From contig NZ_CBDEUW010000002.1 of NCBI RefSeq assembly GCF_965243365.1, positions 3,087,057 to 3,151,056 of the forward strand: a stretch of 64,000 nt of DNA, given 5' to 3'. A program made the translations under genes and the position numbers. Positions 60,093 through 64,000 of this stretch are shown in pieces (positions within the stretch are counted from its first letter, which is position 1; each line of letters opens with the position of its first letter). The notes below the pieces were generated by a model. It was given only the letters and a program-made list of their open reading frames with translations, was not told the DNA's origin and ran no database searches. The stretch is from Ruegeria sp. (GTDB taxonomy: Bacteria; Pseudomonadota; Alphaproteobacteria; Rhodobacterales; Rhodobacteraceae).

Positions 60093-60866
60093 ATGAGCCT
60101 GTCGGGAAAAACTGCCATCATCACAGGATCGAATTCGGGGATTGGACTGGGCGTTGCGCGCGAACTGGCCAAGGCCGGGGCCGATGTGGTTCTGAACTCA
60201 TTTACGGATCGGGACGAGGATCATGCACTTGCCGCGGAGATCGGCAAGGAGACAGGAACCAATGCGCGCTACATCAAGGCGGACATGTCAAAAGGCGATG
60301 AATGCCGCGCGCTGATCGAACAGGCGGGGGCCTGCGATATTCTGGTGAACAACGCAGGCATTCAGCATGTCGCCGCGATCGATCAGTTTCCGGTCGAAAA
60401 ATGGGATGCTATTATTGCGATCAACATGAACTCGGTCTTTCACACGACCGCAGCCGCGCTACCGATGATGCGCGAGGCCGGCTGGGGACGGGTGGTGAAT
60501 ATCGCTTCGGCGCACGGATTGACCGCGTCTCCGTACAAGGCGGCCTATGTGGCAGCCAAGCACGGGGTGGTCGGCATGACCAAAACCGTGGCGCTGGAGA
60601 CGGCGCAGGAGCCGATCACCTGCAACGCCATCTGCCCGGGTTACGTTCTGACCCCGCTTGTCGAATCGCAGATTCCCGACACGATGAGGGAGTACAACAT
60701 GAGCCGGGAGGATGTGGTGAAGAACATCTTGTTGGAACGGCAGCCGTCGAAAGAGTTTGCGACGGTCGAACAACTCGGCGGAACAACGGTGTTCTTATGT
60801 TCCGATGCTGCGGCGCAGATCACTGGAACGACGATCTCGGTCGATGGGGGTTGGACGTCGTTGTGA
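60093..60866 (+). CDS. bdhA: 3-hydroxybutyrate dehydrogenase
   Basis: SDR with TGSNSGIGLG, NNAGIQHVAAI and YVAAKHG motifs typical of BdhA. GGAGA RBS before the ATG at 60093. Confidence 0.9.
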   Translation: MSLSGKTAIITGSNSGIGLGVARELAKAGADVVLNSFTDRDEDHALAAEIGKETGTNARYIKADMSKGDECRALIEQAGACDILVNNAGIQHVAAIDQFPVEKWDAIIAINMNSVFHTTAAALPMMREAGWGRVVNIASAHGLTASPYKAAYVAAKHGVVGMTKTVALETAQEPITCNAICPGYVLTPLVESQIPDTMREYNMSREDVVKNILLERQPSKEFATVEQLGGTTVFLCSDAAAQITGTTISVDGGWTSL

Positions 60867-60872
60867 GGTCGG

Positions 60873-60920
60873 ATGGGGGCTCTGCCCCCATACCCCCGAG
60901 GTATTTCTGAACAGAAGAAG
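60873..60920 (+). repeat. Diverged member (copy C) of the hairpin-plus-tail intergenic element family
   Basis: ATGGGGGCTCTGCCCCCAT hairpin followed by ACCCCCGAGGTATTTCTGAACAGAAGAAG. Architecture and position right after a stop codon match copies A and B. Confidence 0.6.
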
Positions 60921-60930
60921 GGGCGTGCGC

Positions 60931-61956
60931 GTGAAAAGACTCAATCTGGCTTTGCAGGGCGGTGGGGCGCATGGGGCGTTTACCTGGGGCGTGCTTGATC
61001 GGTTTCTGGATGAAGAGGACATTGAGGTTGCCGCGATTACGGGAACGTCGGCAGGCGCGCTGAACGGCGCGGCTTTCAAGTCCGGGATGGTGCGCGCAGG
61101 CCGGGAAGGCGCGCGTGAGTGTTTGGACGGACTGTGGAAGCGTATGGGGGCGGTAGGCGATATGCGGATCGCGCATTGGATGCGTGGCGTGGAACCGGCG
61201 CATATCGCTCAGGCTTTGGAATACGCGGCGCCGTTCTCGATGGCGGATGCGTGGTCGCGGTTGGTATCGCCGTATGCCTATGGTCCATTTTACAAAAATC
61301 CGTTGGAAGCGGTCGTGGACCGGTTCAATTTCGACGAGATTTGTGCTGATGACGGCCCGGGCCTGTTCGTGTGTGCCACCTGTGTGCGCAGCGGCAAGAT
61401 ACGTGTTTTCAAAGGGCGGGAGATTTCAACGGATGCCATCCTTGCCTCGGCCTGTTTGCCGAACCTGTTTCAGGCGGTCGAGATTTATGACCCCAAATCT
61501 GGCCGGACCGAGGCTTATTGGGACGGGGGGTTTACCGGCAATCCGGCCCTTTATCCTTTGTTCAACGATGGCCTGCCAGAGGACGTAGTGATCGTGAATA
61601 TCAACCCGCTGGAGCGCGGTGAGGTTCCGAAGACGCCGCAGCAGATTCAGAACCGGATCAACGAGATCAGTTTCAACTCATCCCTGTTTCGCGAGCTCCG
61701 GGCGATCAATTTCGTGCAGCGTCTGCTGTCTGAAGGTAAGTTGAAGGCGGGCGAGATGAGCCGCGTGCTGGTGCACATGATTGCAGATGATGCGTTGATG
61801 AACGACCTGTCAGCCGCGACCAAGACGGTGCCGAACCCGATTGTTCTGCACAGGTTGAAGCAAGCGGGCCAGGCCGCCGCGCATCAGTTCCTGCGCGATC
61901 ACAAGGCTGATCTGGGCGAGCGGAGCACCGTCGATCTGCCTGCGATGTTCGGGTGA
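60931..61956 (+). CDS. Patatin-like phospholipase (GTG start; GTG at 60925 also possible)
   Basis: Oxyanion motif LALQGGGAHGAF and the GTSAG nucleophile elbow. The longer ATG-started ORF overlaps bdhA and reads through the repeat. Confidence 0.85.
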   Translation: MKRLNLALQGGGAHGAFTWGVLDRFLDEEDIEVAAITGTSAGALNGAAFKSGMVRAGREGARECLDGLWKRMGAVGDMRIAHWMRGVEPAHIAQALEYAAPFSMADAWSRLVSPYAYGPFYKNPLEAVVDRFNFDEICADDGPGLFVCATCVRSGKIRVFKGREISTDAILASACLPNLFQAVEIYDPKSGRTEAYWDGGFTGNPALYPLFNDGLPEDVVIVNINPLERGEVPKTPQQIQNRINEISFNSSLFRELRAINFVQRLLSEGKLKAGEMSRVLVHMIADDALMNDLSAATKTVPNPIVLHRLKQAGQAAAHQFLRDHKADLGERSTVDLPAMFG

Positions 61957-62634
61957 TCATTCTAGCGGTTGCGTCGGGTCTTTCTCGTTCGGATATACCA
62001 AGCCTGCGGAGATAACCAGTTTCGCGGCGTCTTCGATGGACATGTCCAGCAGGATTACGTCTTCTGCCGGGAAGAACAGCAGGAAACCGGATGTCGGGTT
62101 GGGCGTTGTGGGAACAAACACGCTCAGCAACTCGCCGCTTGTTTCGGCCCGTTGGCTGACTTCGCCACGGGCCGTTGTTGAGACGAAACCGATGGCCCAG
62201 ATGCCGCGGCGCGGATATTGGATCAGGCACGCTTTTTCGAATGACCGTTCCGTCTGGGCAAAGACGGTTTCCGAGATTTGCTTGATGCCGGAATAGACCG
62301 AGCGGACAACCGGCATACGGTCCACGACGCTTTCGGCGAAATGGATCAGGGACCGACCCAGGATGCCCTTGGCGATCCAGCCGACGATCACTGTAAAGAT
62401 CAGGAATATGATCACGCCCACGCCGCGCAGGTTGATGCCGACATATTCCTGCGGCTGGAAGCGTTGCGGAACCAGTGGCAGAACCGCGCTGTCAATCCAG
62501 CCAACAACGGACCAGATGAGCCAGACCGTCAGCCAGACCGGAGCAATGACGACGATGCCCGTCAGAAACGACCCACGCAACCGGGAAAACAAGCCCGGGC
62601 GGCGATGGGGTTCTTCGTCAAATGGTGTGTTCAT
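61957..62634 (-). CDS. DUF502-domain membrane protein
   Basis: FLTGIVVIAPVWLTVW and PTTPNPTSGF motifs typical of DUF502. Confidence 0.8.
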   Translation of the reverse strand: MNTPFDEEPHRRPGLFSRLRGSFLTGIVVIAPVWLTVWLIWSVVGWIDSAVLPLVPQRFQPQEYVGINLRGVGVIIFLIFTVIVGWIAKGILGRSLIHFAESVVDRMPVVRSVYSGIKQISETVFAQTERSFEKACLIQYPRRGIWAIGFVSTTARGEVSQRAETSGELLSVFVPTTPNPTSGFLLFFPAEDVILLDMSIEDAAKLVISAGLVYPNEKDPTQPLE

Positions 62635-62699
62635 TGCGGTCCTGAGTGATTTTGCGGATTTAGTTAATCAGTCCTGCGCTTTGGTACAATAGGGCAGAA

Positions 62700-63611
62700 C
62701 TACGCGACATCCGACAGCGCCCGCGCGATTCCAGCGGCCAGCCGTGCGTTGTTGCGCACCAAAGCGATATTGGCGGTGAGCGAGCGGCCTTCGGTCTTTT
62801 CAAAAATCCGTTGCAGTAGATAAGGCGTAACGTCCTTACCCGTGATCCGATGCGCTTCGGCATCCGCCTGCGCCGCGGCAATGATCGGGGCCAGTTCTTC
62901 GGCCGGGATTTGGTCGGTGATGGGAATTGGGTTGGCAACCAACTGTCCGCCGGGCAAACCCAGCGCGCGACGGGTGGCATGTGCTTTGGCGATCTCTTCA
63001 GGGGTGTCCATACGCAATGGCGCCGGAAGGGGGGATTTGGCTGACCAGAAGGCCGGGAATTCATCCTGACCGTGGGCGATAACCGGTACGCCCAGCGTTT
63101 CGAGAACCTCCAGCGTTTTTGCCAGGTCGAGGATGGCTTTGGCCCCGGCGGCGACGACGGTCACAGGGGTCTGCGCCAGTTCATGCAGGTCGGCGGAGAT
63201 GTCGAATGAGGTCTCGGCCCCCTGATGGACGCCGCCGATCCCTCCGGTCGCAAAGACATCGATACCGGCAAAATGTGCAGCGATCATGGTGGCGGCGACC
63301 GTGGTTGCACCGGTGCCACCCGTGGCGATACAGGCCGCCATGTCTGCGCGCGAGATTTTGGCGACGCCCTGGGCGGTGCCAAGCCGTTGCAATTGTTCGG
63401 GTTCCAGACCGACATGCAGCTTCCCCCCGATCACTGCGATTGTCGCAGGTGTTGCGCCTGCATCGCGGATATCCTGTTCGACCTGCGCGGCGACCTCGAC
63501 ATTTTGCGGGTAAGGCATGCCGTGGGTAATGATGGTGCTTTCCAGCGCGACGATGGGCTGGCCTGCCTGTTTAGCGGCGCGGACCTCGGCAGAGTATTGG
63601 ATGTCGATCAC
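62700..63611 (-). CDS. psuG: Pseudouridine-5'-phosphate glycosidase
   Basis: IndA-family motifs VALESTIITHGMPYPQN and GGIGGVH. Confidence 0.95.
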   Translation of the reverse strand: MIDIQYSAEVRAAKQAGQPIVALESTIITHGMPYPQNVEVAAQVEQDIRDAGATPATIAVIGGKLHVGLEPEQLQRLGTAQGVAKISRADMAACIATGGTGATTVAATMIAAHFAGIDVFATGGIGGVHQGAETSFDISADLHELAQTPVTVVAAGAKAILDLAKTLEVLETLGVPVIAHGQDEFPAFWSAKSPLPAPLRMDTPEEIAKAHATRRALGLPGGQLVANPIPITDQIPAEELAPIIAAAQADAEAHRITGKDVTPYLLQRIFEKTEGRSLTANIALVRNNARLAAGIARALSDVA

Positions 63612-64000
63612 AGTGGGGTTTCTCCGGAAACATAGGTGGCGGCTGCGTGCAAGGCGCGTGTCAGGGCCGCGTCATTGGATGCGCCGCCAGATTCTGATGC
63701 GATGTGAGCCGCCATGAACGTATCGCCTGCGCCTGTTACGCGTGTGACAAGTACAGATGGGGGCTTTTGGGTCAGGATTTCATCGGCGTCCCCGATTGTG
63801 GCCGAGTTACCACCATCGGTGACCAGCACCCGCAGCGCGCCGCGATCCAGCAGCCCTTTGGCGGCAGATTCGGAATCGTCGAATTCGCGCTGGCACAAGA
63901 TCCCGGCCTCTTCGAGGTTTACATAGAGTGTCGCGCGGGCGTGTTTCAGAAATGGCAGCAGACGCTCGGCTTTGCCGGGTGAGGCCGGGGCAACGCGCAG
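63608..64000 (-). CDS. psuK: PfkB-family kinase (pseudouridine kinase-like), 5'-truncated by the window edge
   Basis: C-terminal PfkB motif TGAGDTF. A 4-nt overlap joins it to psuG. The reading frame stays open to position 64000. Confidence 0.75.
   Translation of the reverse strand: MRVAPASPGKAERLLPFLKHARATLYVNLEEAGILCQREFDDSESAAKGLLDRGALRVLVTDGGNSATIGDADEILTQKPPSVLVTRVTGAGDTFMAAHIASESGGASNDAALTRALHAAATYVSGETPL

Overview
This is a high-GC (roughly 60%) alphaproteobacterial chromosome segment. Gene content and synteny suggest a Rhodobacteraceae/roseobacter-type genome, but that is inference only. I call about 60 protein genes, and nearly all are core housekeeping genes in conserved blocks. 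The blocks are: surE-pcm-LysM/M23 peptidase; tatABC; purF, cvpA and radA; an MlaEF-like ABC pair followed by alr and dnaB; pyrE; amt; cinA-pgpA-ispDF; the classic dusB(nifR3)-ntrBC-ntrYX-trkAH-hfq-hflX block; hemB; mfd; bdhA-patatin; and psuG-psuK. I saw no rRNA, tRNA, CRISPR array, transposase, integrase, phage gene or recognisable defence gene. I did not find a convincing multi-gene novel system here, and the region reads as ordinary core chromosome. The observations worth a second look are small in scale. (1) A roughly 50-nt hairpin-plus-tail intergenic repeat family sits immediately after stop codons, with two near-identical copies, one diverged copy and several possible decayed copies. 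(2) An aquaglyceroporin-type ars cluster has an ArsR-ArsC fusion and a perfect 36-bp palindrome covering the arsR start codon. (3) A lower-GC spacer holding a standalone DnaJ-type zinc-finger miniprotein splits the usual cvpA-purF pair. (4) A low-GC membrane ORF is translationally coupled to an MlaEF-like transporter that has no MCE partner in the window. (5) A strong orphan terminator in an AT-rich divergent intergenic region is a candidate sRNA. (6) A three-gene insertion (XRE-PAS, MFS, lipoprotein) interrupts the ntrYX-trkAH synteny. (7) Several candidate operators are present as inverted or direct repeats. All product calls rest on by-eye motif and family recognition from the supplied translations; no searches were run.
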